From NCBI RefSeq assembly GCF_004010195.1, contig NC_057758.1, positions 8,545,565 to 8,580,147 of the forward strand: DNA of 34,583 nt, read 5' to 3'. A program made the translations under genes and the position numbers. Source of the stretch: Chiloscyllium plagiosum (taxonomy: Eukaryota). Below the pieces are notes generated by a model. The model was not told where the DNA came from and did no database searches. It saw only the letters and a list, made by a program, of their open reading frames with translations. Below, in pieces: positions 21,812 through 33,455 of this stretch; the first letter of the stretch is position 1, and each line of letters begins with the position of its first letter.

Positions 21812-23499
21812 NGCTTGAGTCCCGCCTCATCAGATGGTGGAATTTGAATTCAATTGAGAATTTGGATTAACAATCTAACGAAAGTTTGTCAATTGTCAAA
21901 TAAAAACAAACACCTAACTAATTGTGTCCTTCGTGAAGGAAATCTGTCATCTTCATGTGGTCAGGCCTACATGTGAGACCAGACCCAAAGCAATGTGATT
22001 AACCTCAACTGCCCTTTGAAATGACCAAGCCAGCATTCAGTTATATCACTACAAGGTCTCAAAGAAATGAAACCAAACAGATCTAAGCACTGGCAGCCAA
22101 CAGCATGTGAACTGCTATTGTTCAAAAAGGCAGCTCACCAACACCTTCTCATGGGCAACCCGGAAATGGAAATATATATTGGCCCAGCCAGTCACACCCA
22201 TGTCGCATTAATGAATTAAAGAAGATGACCACACTCAGGGAAGAGAGACAGAGGAGACATACGTCATTTTAAAAATGGGCTTGGATAGATATCTACATGG
22301 GCATAATACTCAGGAATATGGGGAAAAAATGAAAAACACCGAGATTAATATCACATTTTATTTCCATCCTAGCTGATTATCAACAATTGCTTTTTTTGAA
22401 TCTTTTTCTCTATATCTCTATTCCTCCACATATTCAACTCACTGCACTAAACAAATTGCAATATTTTGGATGAGTGGTGCTGGAAGAGCACAGCAGTTCA
22501 GGCAGCATCCAAGGAGCAGGGAAATCGACGTTTCGGGCAAAAGCCCTTCATCCAGAATAAAGGCAGAGAGCCTGAAGCATGGAGAGATAAGCTGGAGGGG
22601 GGTGGGGGTGGGGAGAAAGTAGCATAGAGTACAATAGGTGAGTGATACAATATTTACCAGCTGCTTTCATATCTAATGCATGGTGAGTGGAATGAAAACG
22701 TTAATTCTGTTTTTCTCTCAACAGAAGCTGCCAAACCTGTTCAGTTTCCCCAGCACTTTGCTTCTTTGTGTTTCAGATTTTCAGTAGCTTCCTTTGTTTG
22801 ATTTAATGTTTCTTTTTGGTATTTCATGGGATATCAGCATCACTGTGAAGGGCAGCATTTGATGATCATCACTAATTGTCCTTAATTGTGAACATTCCAC
22901 AAGGCAGTGCAGAGCCAAGCACATTGTTGTGGGTCTGAAGTCACTCTCAATCCAGACCATATAACGATGTTAGAATTCTTTACCAAAGGACATCAATGAA
23001 ACAGATAGTTTTTTAGACAAAATTCTCCTCATTTTATGGTTACAGTTCGTGCATTTGTTTTTATTTCCATTCTTATCATTGAATTTAAGTTCACGATCAG
23101 CTGTGGTAGGACTTGAGACAGTATCTTTAGTATTCTAACCTGTGCCTCTGAATTACCCATCCAGCGACATTACTACTCTGACACGGCGTCCCTATCATGA
23201 CCTTACTTTCAAGACATTACCAGGTTGTAATCGATTTATTCGTAACTGGAGCAGTGGCCAGAAGACAACTGTAACTGTAAAGTATGACCTTTAGCAAGGC
23301 ATAGGCAATATTTTATTCAGCAACAGCAATGACACAGTGGTAGTGACTCAGTGTATTATGAAGCTGGAAATCGGCAGGTTTGCTGATGGAGACAAAACCA
23401 AGACATACATCAGTTCAATGCAAAAAGTATCCTCACAGTTTTATTTCAGATGTTTGTGAGGGAGGGGTCATGAATTTGTGGATAATGAATGGAATTTAT
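21812..23499 (+). repeat. Segmental duplication block A, copy 2
   Basis: Matches 17680-19369, including the same nested SINE and PLE fragments. Confidence 0.97.
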
Positions 23500-23710
23500 G
23501 GGATATTGTCTGCAGGGTATGATTGCATGAGTATGACCATATCAGGCTATGGTTTGACTCGTCTGTGGGACAACTCTCCTAATTCTGGCATAAGCCTCAA
23601 GATGTTCGTAAGGAGAATGCTGCGGGATGAACAGGACTGTGTTTTCCATTGTTGTTTATACTGCTTAGCTCAATGCCGGGTGGTCTGACTGGCTTCATAG
23701 TGGTTTTGAT
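23300..23710 (-). mobile_element. Old L2/CR1-group LINE endonuclease-region remnant
   Basis: Antisense LINE-like sequence continuous across 23499 (..GACTCGTCTGTGGGACAACTCTCCTAATTCTGGCA..). The block-A copy-1 version stops at 19369. Confidence 0.55.
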
Positions 23711-23729
23711 ACAACAGAATATCTTGCTG

Positions 23730-24000
23730 GACCAGTACAGAGGGCAGATAAGGCTAGCCACATTGCTGTGGTTCTGAAGTCGCTTGCAGGCCAGAGCAGA
23801 TAAGGACTGCAGATTTCCTTCCCAAAAGGACATAAGTGAACCACATTGTGTTTTTTATGACAATTGAGAATGGTCACATGATTGCCAGCAAACTTGAATT
23901 CAATTCTAAGATTTTATGGAATTCAAATTTCACCATGAAAAGTATTTGAACCTATGACCCCTAGGGTCTGGATTGCTAGTCCAGAGACGTTATCACTGCA
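23730..24000 (-). mobile_element. SacSINE/Deu-type SINE
   Basis: CCACATTGCTGTGGTTCTGAAGTC..GGCCAGA..TAAGGACTGCAGATTTCCTTCCCAAAAGGACAT.AGTGAACC..CTGGATTGCTAGTCCAG. Confidence 0.85.
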
Positions 24001-24524
24001 TTTTGCATTTAATTGCACACGCTTACCAATCTCACTGCTAAATGGATGAAGGATCTATTTATCTGAAGACCTAAAGCAGGACTGCTCATCAGGCATTCTA
24101 TGATAGAAAAGTTCAGCAACTGTTGTTACAGGAAAATGCTCCTTCACATTACATGCTGCAAATGGAACTCTAAGTGGCTGCTAGTCTCATCCACTATACC
24201 ACTGGTTACATTACTGCATAATGTGGCATCACAGCACTCAGTAGAAAAATATCAGTGGGCATCATCTTATATGTGGGCTATGGCAGGAATTCTCACTAGG
24301 CAGCATTAAGCTGACAATTTGGGCGATTGTAATTTGTTAAAAACTTCATTAACACTGCAACTCACCTCTTTAATATTCAGATTCATATCTTATTAAACGT
24401 GTTGAACAAACTAGATACTTAGAATTCTTGGTGTGGAAGTCAGAGCAGGTACATGGTGATTTCAGCTCAATGCTGGCTGTGAGGATCCTCTGTGTTGATC
24501 AGGATCAAACAACCTGTCAGGTCA

Positions 24525-25712
24525 TGCAAATAACTCCAGGAAGGCTGGCATCCCGTCACCAAGACACCTTTTATTTACACCTGCATGACACTAACCCAAC
24601 TAGGTCAGAGACGACTCCAAGAATGAACAGTATCCCTTGGATACCAGCCTACAAATTCTCTTACTCAATTCAGGCCTAGTGGGATTCTTTTGCAATCTTG
24701 AATCCGCTTACCAGCAGCAACTACAATGGTTTGCCAGCCCTGATCCTTGAGAAAAAGTTAACCATTTGGCTAGGGCTTGGCTTTCTTAGGGAGTTTTGTT
24801 GTGGACTGACCCAGAGTCCCTCTGTTCAGGATATGTCCTGAGTGAGGCAATGCAATTGCCCTTCACTCAAGTGGTATTCCCCAAGCTCAGTCAGAGGGGC
24901 GAGGGTGTCTACTTCCATCAGAATACCCTGCAACCCTGGCAGTGCCTGATCTGAGTTCAGTTGGGCTTCAGCTGATAGGCACTTCTGCCTGACTACATCA
25001 TTAATCCCACATACTAAACAATCTCTCAGCAGCTCACTTAGGGTTAAACCAAAGTCACATACCTCTGCCAGTCATCTTAATCTCATCAAAAATCCCAATG
25101 GGGATTCCCCTGGTTCGCAAGCTGTCGACTAAAACTGACAGGATCTCAGAATTAGCTGAGGCCTGGAGAGGTAACCTTCCATAGCTAAATTCATCAACTC
25201 TTGAAAGGTTTTAGTATCTGGTGCCTCAGGAAAAGTCAGGCTCCAAATAACCGAAAGAGCTGCAGGTCCACAAGCTGTCAGGAGAATTACTCGTTGTGTT
25301 TTGTCTGCTACAATGTAATTTGCTTGGAAAAATAACACATTCTTCCCAGCTACTGGGGTCAGTCTTCATCGGCAGGATCGAATGAGTCAAGCTTCCCAAA
25401 TTGCGGCATGATGCCAGTAATGCTTACCCCAACTCAAAGACGACTGCTGCGAGCGAATCTCTCCAGGGGTGTGTTTATTTCTCACTGCCACTGAAATAAC
25501 TCTACAAAGGCACCAAACCACCCTTTATTTACATGCACATAGCACGTGACACTGACCCTGCTAGCTCAGAGCCGACTCTGTTGAGCAGAACCCCTGACAC
25601 TCCTATTTATATCTGTCAGCCAGGGCTCCCTGATTGGGGCGGTTCATCTCGTCCAATCAAAGAACTCATATTCCAGGAGATCCACCTGGCTGACCTTATC
25701 CCAATCACTACA
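24525..25712 (-). mobile_element. Internally deleted Gypsy LTR retrotransposon: 5' LTR 25712-25492, PBS, gag remnant, partial 3' LTR
   Basis: LTR begins TGTAGTG and ends TTTCA. PBS-like TGGCAGTGAG at 25490-25481. gag from ATG 25409 reads MPQFGKLDSFDP..FFQAN..VILLTACG..SLTFPEAPDTKTFQEL. A diverged LTR copy lies at ~24525-24680. Confidence 0.85.
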
Positions 25713-27079
25713 GGCATGAACCAGGCGGCAGCCATCTGGACCCATAACCCATGGACATTGGCATCCGACACCTGCCTACTCTTCATTACTATTATGACAC
25801 CTCTCTGAACCCCTTACAGGGGGTCATAAAGCACAGACCTGCATTATTGGACACGCTGGCAACTAGGACTGAAATGCTGCTGCAGGGAAACTTGGTTCAC
25901 AGAGATAGGCATCCAGTCCTTAGGTTAGACAAAGCTGCAATTCCAGGCTGTTTACTTATTCGATCAGCGCTCAGTCCCTTATCATCTACCTGCTTGTTCC
26001 CAGCCTCCATGCCTTGTCATGCCATACCATGCTGTGCCACTTAGCGTGTTGGTGTTTCAGCCTGAGCTAAAACCTTTCAGAACTGCCACGTTGATGTGCT
26101 CTTCACTACAGATGCACAGTCAGGCAGTTGCCATTAGGGATACATCTAGGGATGGGGGCGACTTACTGTGATGTGCCAGCTGCCTGCTCTGGGAGGGCAC
26201 TTGGTAACCAGGTGGTGCCCAGTGTCCACCATAAGCTGTGCTTTCTGCCACCACTTGCTGTTGCAATGCAACTGGGAAGTGGCTGGGTGAACACCCAAGG
26301 TGGGAGCAGTCAGTTAGGTGGATGAAATCACAGGATCCACATCTGTTGGATTCTGAGACATTGAAAGGGCAGATACATGAAATAGCCATTTGCCAAACTC
26401 CCAGCTACGTTTCATTTGCAATCACTCCATTGTCCATTTACAATGCAAACAGAGTCCAGGTGCTTCAGGGTCAGATGCTGGTCAAAGGCAACTTTCACCA
26501 GGCCATTTGTTCTTGTAAATTAACATTGGTATCTTAATGATGCTAAAGTTAGCAACAATGACTGAAAGAGGTGAATACTGGCCAAAGGCAAACGATTATT
26601 TGTGCAACTTCTGAAGGTACTGTGGGAGGTAGAGACATTGTTTCACCATCTGTACTGACTGGTTTATATTGAATGCAATGAGAAGTTGAATGATTGGCTG
26701 GGTCAGGGTCAGCCACAGTGGATACTCCATTTTTGATGGAATGTGCTGGTCCCTCACCAAGTTAGTTGTCTGCTAAGGCTGAAGCTAAATGAATGACAGA
26801 GAGGTGGTCCTCATTAATGGAGTGCCATTTGTTTCACTGGAGTATCAGAGTGTGGACAACCTGCATCTGAACATTATACCACTAATGACTCTTTTACCTC
26901 TTTCACTCAGTATATCCCCAAATTAAGTCAGAGAACCCTGTGCCCTATCACTGGTAATACATTGGTTAAAACAATGGCAGAGGCAGGAGGGCCCATATCA
27001 ATGACAAACCCAAGAGCAGTATCAAACCTCACGTAAGATGAACACCTAGATGAGAGAGTGGCTGCTACCATTGGACAGG

Positions 27080-27253
27080 TGAAAGTGGGTACTGCAGATG
27101 CTGGAGATTAGAGTCAAGTCATTTCCTGATGAAGGGCTTTTGCCCGAAACATTGATTTTCCTGCTCGTCAGATGCTGCCTGACCTGCTGTGCTTTTCCAG
27201 CACCACTCTAATCTAAACTCTGGTTTCCAGCATCTGCAGTCCTCACTTTTGCC
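27080..27253. mobile_element. Short PLE-derived element with inverted termini and intact hammerhead core
   Basis: Termini AAAGTGGGTACTGCAGATGCTGGAGA / TTTCCAGCATCTGCAGTCCTCACTTT. Internal CTGATGA-A-GGGC-TTTT-GCCC-GAAAC at 27126-27150. Confidence 0.85.
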
Positions 27254-27406
27254 TACCCAATAAACCCAGTGTGACGATTTCACATCAACAAACTGACACT
27301 CGCAGATACAACGTCTGCAGAAACCCTAGCCACATTACTTTACATTAAAGACATCTGTGAAATGATTTCCAGACAACTCAACCCTCTCAGCATTAAACTT
27401 TTCTTC

Positions 27407-27630
27407 AATGTTAGGGGTAGGTTCTTCACTCAGCGAGTCGTTAGTTCATGGAATGCCCTGCCAGTAACAGTGGTGGACTCTCCCTCTTTATGGGCATTTA
27501 AGAGGGCATTGGATAGGTATATGGAGGATAGTGGGTTAGTGTAGTTTAGGTGGGCTTGGATCGGCGCAACATCGAGGGCCCAAGGGCCTGTACTGCGCTG
27601 TATTCTTCTATGTTCTATGTTCTATGTTCT
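27407..27630 (+). mobile_element. Young CR1 3' end with (TTCTATG)n tail
   Basis: VRGRFFTQRVVSSWNALP..AFKRALDRYM, the conserved CR1 ORF2 C-terminus, followed by a 7-mer tandem tail. Confidence 0.92.
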
Positions 27631-27632
27631 AG

Positions 27633-28617
27633 ATTAGTTCGGAGACAGAAAGGAATGGGAGCAGAGGTTGTGGAGATTTGAGGGGCATACAACGAAAATT
27701 CCCCAGTCACCATCATGCTTTTTGGCAGACAGAATGAAATGCAGAGCAGAGCAACGAATCTGAGATAGAATGCTGATTGCAGATGTGGCTCTGTGGGTCA
27801 GGACTTAGCGCTACACTTTCACAGTGCTTGGGGTCTGGTCCGATTGCAACCTCAGGCGATTCTCTGTGTGGAGTTTGCATATTCTCCCCAGGTCTGTGCG
27901 TATTTCAGCCCACAGTTTAAAAATGTGCAGATTATGTGAATTGGCCACGCCAATCTTCTCATTGTGTTCACCGATGTGTCGGTTAGGCACATTCGTGAGG
28001 GGTCAATATCGGGGGTAGAAGAATGGGTCTGTGTAGGATATTCTTCCAAAGACCTGTTTCCACACTATATACATTCGGTGATGTGAACAGGACAATATCA
28101 AATGGAAAGAATAGTATGCTGCATAAGTATTTAGTCAGTGGATATACAGATAGACAGGGTTGTGCACATATAGAACATAGTACATTACAGCGCAGTACTG
28201 ACCCTTCTGCCCTTAATGTTGTGCCAACCTATGAAACCAATCTGAAGTCCATCTAACCTACACTACTCGATTTTGCATTCATATGCCTATCCAATGACCA
28301 CTTAAATGTCATTAATGTTGGCGAGTCAACTTCTGTTGCAGGCAGTGCGTTTCACACCCCGCTATTCTTTGAGTAAAGAAACGACCTCTGACATCTGTCC
28401 CGTATCCATTACATCTCAATTTTAAGCGACGTATCCTCGTTCTAGCCACTGCCATCCAATAAAAAAGGCTCTCGCTATCCAGCCTATCTAATCTCTAATT
28501 ATATTTAATGTCTGAATTAAGTCACCTCTCAACATTCTCTCAAATGAAAATAGCCTCAGGTCCCTCAGCCTTTCCTCGTAAGACCCAACCTCCATACCAC
28601 GCAATAAGCTTGTCAAG
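27633..28617 (+). repeat. Segmental duplication block C, copy 2
   Basis: Matches 20546-21312. Confidence 0.97.
27778..28085 (+). mobile_element. HE1-type V-SINE (older)
   Basis: tRNA-like head, then CTGTGTGGAGTTTGCATATTCTCCCC..GTGAATTGGCCA..GACCTGTTTCCACACT. Confidence 0.85.
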
Positions 28618-29985
28618 CTCATCTGAATCCTTTCTAAAGATTCCACATCCTTCCATGAATGAGGTGACCAGGACTGCATTCAATTGTCCAAGTGTATCTG
28701 CACCAGGGTTTTGGACAGCTGCAACATGACACAATGTTTCCGAAACTCAATCCCTCTACTAATAAAAGCAAACGCAACATATATCTCCTGAACAACCCTA
28801 TCAAACTGTGTAACAACTTTCAGGGATCGATGTACATGGGCACTGAGGAATCTCTTCTCATCTACACTACCAAGAGACCAATACTCTGCATTCCTGTTGC
28901 TCCGTCCAAAGTGAATCACCTGACATTGTTCCGCATTGTATTCCATTTGCAACCTCACAACCCAGCCTCCAAATTATCTATGTCCTACTGTAACCCACAA
29001 CCTCGTTTGGCACTATCCACAACTCTAGCGACCTTAGTGTCATGTGCAAATTTACGAACCCATCCTTCTACGTCATCATCCAGATCGTTTATAAATATGA
29101 CAAACAACAGTGGCCTCAAAACAGATCATTACGGTACACCACTAGTAACTGAGCTCCAGGATGATCATTTCCCATCAGTAACCGCACTCTGTCTTATTTC
29201 AGCTCGCCAATCCTGATCCGAACCGCTAAATTGCCCTCAATCCCATGCCTCCGTATTTTTTTTAATAGCCTATCGTGGGGAACCTTACCAAACGCTTTAC
29301 TGAATGTTATATATACTACGTCAACCATTTTACCCGCATCTACATGTTTGGTCACCTTCTCAAAAAAATCAATAAGGTTTGTGAGGCATGACCACCCTTC
29401 ACCAAACCTTGTTGACGATAGCTAATCAAATTATTCCTTTATAGATGAGTATAAACACTATCTTTTTACCAATTTCAACACTTTACCCACAACCAAAGAA
29501 CGTTCACTTTTCTATAAATAGACTCTATTCCCCTTCTTGAACAAGGTAACAACATTTTCTATGCTCCAGCCTCCTGCACTATTCCTGTAGACAATGACAA
29601 CATAAATATCCAAGCCAAAGGCTCTGCAATCTCCTCCCTGGCTTCCCAGAGATTCCGAGGATAATTCCAATCCGGCACATGGGAGTTATCTATTATACAC
29701 TTTCCAGAATTGCTAAAACCCTTCCTTGTGAACCTTTATCCTATCGAATCTACTGCCCTGTACCTCAAAATTAACCTCGACAGCATTTGCTATTTTCTAG
29801 TGTGAATACTATTGATTAAATTCACGTCGCGATTTCCCTATCTCCTCTGACTCCAAGCACAAATTCCCACTGCTACACTTGATAGGCTCTAATCTTACTC
29901 TAGTCATTTTTTTTTAGTTATCGAAAGCCTTCGGGTTTTCCTTGACCCAATCTGCCAACGACTTCTCATGTTCCCTTCTGGCTCT
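28170..29985 (-). mobile_element. CR1 LINE ORF2 remnant and 3' end
   Basis: Minus-strand motifs FAHD (FADD-like), MEYNAEQCQVIHFGRSN, QSWSPH..KDVESLERIQ, SYEERLRDLRLFS..LRGDLI. Confidence 0.92.
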
Positions 29986-30154
29986 TCGATGCACAGCATA
30001 TTCAGAATTAAAAACCACGACATGAATAACACAATGTGCAGGGCCATGGGAAGAATGCAGAACACATCAGTAGAAATATAGCTCATTACGTGCTGATGCG
30101 AGATGTTGGCCTCAGTAACCACCGCCTTTGTTATAATAATGATATACAATTCTA

Positions 30155-30450
30155 AAGTGAAAAGGAAAACATTCGGCCCATCGAGCTGACACTGATTCTC
30201 TGAAGAACATTGCATGCAGATCCACCTCCGACAGAATTCCTCTATCTCCCATAGTTAAAGCAAATAGTTGCACATGAACAATTTTTCATGGCCATTTAGG
30301 AGGAATCAGAAACACCTGGCCGAAATACTTGCAGACATGGGAAGAATATGAAAGCTCACTACAGGCGGTGGTCCAAGGTTGAAATTGAGCGCAAGTTCCC
30401 AGGTGCTTCGAGACAGCAGTGCTCGCCACTGAGCCACCGTGGCACCCACC
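30155..30450 (-). mobile_element. Old V-SINE
   Basis: Antisense tRNA head GGGTGCCACGGTGGCTCAGTGGCGAGCACTGCTGTCTC and decayed V-domain. Confidence 0.75.
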
Positions 30451-30499
30451 CAAATATGTAACTGTGCTAGCGTATACGTGGGAACGTGGAAATCTCGAA

Positions 30500-30690
30500 T
30501 ACAAGTGGAAATTGTTGATGAAACACAGCTGATGAGTAAGTATCTTGAGAGTAAAAGAGAGTTAACATATTGAGACGAACATGAGTCTGTTCTGAAAAAG
30601 GCATATTGGTCTCAGAACGTTAATTCTCTTTCTGCTCAGATGCTGCTGGACTTGTTGAAGTTTTCCAGCATTTCCAACTTCCTTTTTCTT
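30500..30690. mobile_element. Old palindromic PLE pLTR-derived element
   Basis: Inverted arrangement GAGAGTTAAC..../....GTTAATTCTC with AGATGCTGCTGGACTTGTTGA tail. Confidence 0.6.
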
Positions 30691-32279
30691 TTGAAGTGTG
30701 GATATTTTTCTGATATGAAAAGGAACAGTGAAGCTGCCATTTCAGTTAACTCTCATGTATTTGGTTATAGTCATTGAATGAAAAAATAAAAACTTTTTAT
30801 TTAACAGAGTCCTAAATATTCATAGCATTTTGCGTGTCATAAATCACCATGAAAATGTTGAATTCAGTGGCCACGAATCACATGATCAATCCTCAATAAG
30901 TAACCAATTGAAGTAAGGACCCCAAACATGACCTCAATATCACTAGGGTCATACTCATTCAGCATGGTCTTCCATTTCTCAAACTTTAGATGAAACTGTG
31001 GAAACATCAGATTGATTGGTACAGGGCACAGTCATCCATGGATTTCGGAAGAACTAGCATGGGCAGATTTTACGTGTCAAACGCAATCACTCTGGAAAAG
31101 ATGACATAGAGCAGCCTCCTTGAACCTCTTCTGTCCAAGTGACGCACAGAGCTGCTTGTAGGCACATTCCAAGATGATTTAACAGCTGGTAGTGTAGGAA
31201 CAGCAAATTAGTTTCTGGTCAGGATGGCACGTAACTTGGAAGATAACATGTAGAGATTGTTTTCCCATTGTTCCCATTATTCGTGCAGAATGTTCTCTAA
31301 TTCCCATTAATCACAGTTTTGCTCAGGGCCCTTGATTCCACGCTCACCTATCCTGGCTGAAGATGTGTAAGTACGTTGTTGTCCAAACAAGTAAACAGTT
31401 GATTGTCCTCAACATAGATCAACATTAACAGAGCAGCAAGACTTGATCTTATTCATTCATAGATGGGGGTGCCACTGGCTGGAAACAATATGAATTGGCC
31501 CACTGTTACTGCTCCTTCAGAAGGTGGTGCTGAGGTGCCTTTTTAAGCAGTTGCAGTCCATGTGGTGTAAGGACTGTGTAATTATGAAGGCAGTTGCAGG
31601 GTAGTTTCTCCTGGCACTGAAGGATCAGTGGCCTTTGCCTTTTAACGATAGTGTTTGAATAAATTGATCAGTTGAAAGAAAAAGGAGCAAAAGGCAAGAA
31701 TACTGATTGCTTGAACAATATGCTCACAATATCCAAAAGAAAATTGATGCATGGAGTTCCAATTCTGTCCCAAGATGCTTGTCCTGTTGGTGATGAGGCT
31801 CTTTGGTGAAGTGTTGTGATAAAGGAACCGGAAGAAACTCCACTCGACCAACAGTTAACAAAGCCATCCTGTTCATGGCGCATCAGACTGTGGCAAACAT
31901 TCTATTTTTTGTTGCTGTTGGACAGTGATCATTTCAAACGCACCATTCACTGATGACAAGTAATAGCACAGAAGTCAGCAATTTCCAACATTTAGTGTGA
32001 GAGCAAAAAGCGAAAGGGAGAGTCAGGGAAAGTGGGAGTGATAAGGAACTGGTGTGATACACAGTGCGAGATGTGTGAAGGGAGATGGCCAGTGCAGGGG
32101 TATGTCACAGCAGAAGGGAAAATGCAAGGAAAGTAGGTGGGTAAGGAAAGAATAAGAAGAAGAGGTGGTGTGTCAGAAGGTCTATCTGTGGCAGGGAAAA
32201 CAATGCAGTTGGAAAACTGAGATTGATGGCCAATCAAACATCACTGATAAGGAAAATTGGGATCTGGTTTCCTTTGAAT

Positions 32280-32651
32280 ATGAGGAAAATTATTCTCTTA
32301 CTTCTTTTATTTACAGGATTCTTGTTCATATTGTACATCCACGCTACATTTCTGTATCTCCATCAAGTGCAGACATTTTCTTTTCTCTCCAATTCATTAT
32401 CTCAACATCATGTCTCGTTATGTCACTAAATAATATCCAGAACGGTGGGTGTTTTATTTCTATGAATTTGCTTCCAATTCATTGTAGAAATGAGAATGTG
32501 ATTTGATCTTCTACTGCATGCTTATAATGCAGAATTTAATTGAATCTTTATCTCATCACCTTAGTTCTTTCAAACAAACGTCATGAATGAGCCTGCGTCC
32601 ATCCTGCAGATTAAAAAAAAAGGTTCCCTGTACTCTGACGGGATTGCAGCT
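32280..32651 (+). pseudogene. Putative TCR beta-like V pseudogene (leader plus V exon, splice sites decayed)
   Basis: Signal-peptide-like MRKIILLLLLFT+G (32280-32316), then 75 nt ending in the pyrimidine tract TTTTCTTTTCTCTCCA. One frame follows: SLSQHHVSLCH*IISRTVGVLFL*ICFQ..M*FDLLLHAY..F..NEPASILQIKKKGSLYSD. The V, G and C fall at TRBV framework-1 spacing (1/13/20). Five stops. Confidence 0.45.
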
Positions 32652-32934
32652 AATGTTATAAAGAATGAGCTGCAGGCCCACAGAAAATGGAAACGTTGCA
32701 GTGCACAATGCCAAATGCGACTCCAAGTTTAAATGCAAAGGGCCGGAGTATAAAAGCAGAATGCAGTTGCATATCCAAAATACTCTTCGGAGCCCCCTCT
32801 TTCCTGCATCATGCTGCAAATTCCCCAAAAGAGGGACAACTATAGACTGGAATTATCAATTCTTCCTCTGCAACAACTACTTTAGAACAGGTAGAAAATC
32901 AAGCTGTGTTTCTGATATTCTTACACGTTGATGA

Positions 32935-33455
32935 TAAGAATGTGGGAGATGGGTTTGGGGGTTAGATCATGATAAACAATGTTGTGGATGAAACAATGAT
33001 TATTCCGATGGTTCCGAGGGAGGACGAAAGTGTTAGGTTACAGGAGGGTACAACCGGATTTTTCAGATGGCCAGATCAATGACTGAAATACTTAACACTG
33101 CATTAGGTGAGATGCTGCACTTTGAAAGAATAACAAATGAAGGGAGTACTCAAACAACGAAAATAGACTAGATTTGCTTTAACTTTACTTTGGAGCAAAG
33201 AATGTTATGGTGAGAACCTGACAGAGGCGTATAACAGCTTGCAGAGGTACAGACACAGTGAACAGACAGCAGCTGTTCCCCTTAGTCAAACGGTTAAATA
33301 CACGTTTAAAGTGAAAGACAAGAGATTGAGTGAGGATTTGTAAAATCTGTTTTGAACCCAGAGGGTGATATGCTTCTGGAATGCATTGCCTGGGAGGGTG
33401 GTTCAGGAAGGAAACAGTACAAACTTGGCAAAACACTTGTAACAGCAATTGATGG
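32935..33455 (+). mobile_element. Old CR1 RT and 3' remnant
   Basis: Decayed VVDE (FADD-like), EMLHF, and C-terminal F.QR..WNALP motifs. Confidence 0.7.

Noticed and set aside
21183..21847. ORFs of 215 aa and 214 aa
   Set aside because: Artefacts of the second N gap.
30410..30450. tRNA gene
   Set aside because: A tRNA-derived SINE head attached to a V-domain; no complete cloverleaf. The same applies to the heads near 20690 and 27778.
30990..31110. IDWYR motif as another V relic
   Set aside because: A single short motif with no leader, intron or F-strand support; neighbouring sequence looks like decayed LINE.
32733..32756. ATGCAAAG plus TATAAAAG as an Ig-type octamer/TATA promoter
   Set aside because: The context GGAGTATAAAAGCAGA (EYKSR) resembles a CR1 ORF2 remnant, and no leader exon follows.
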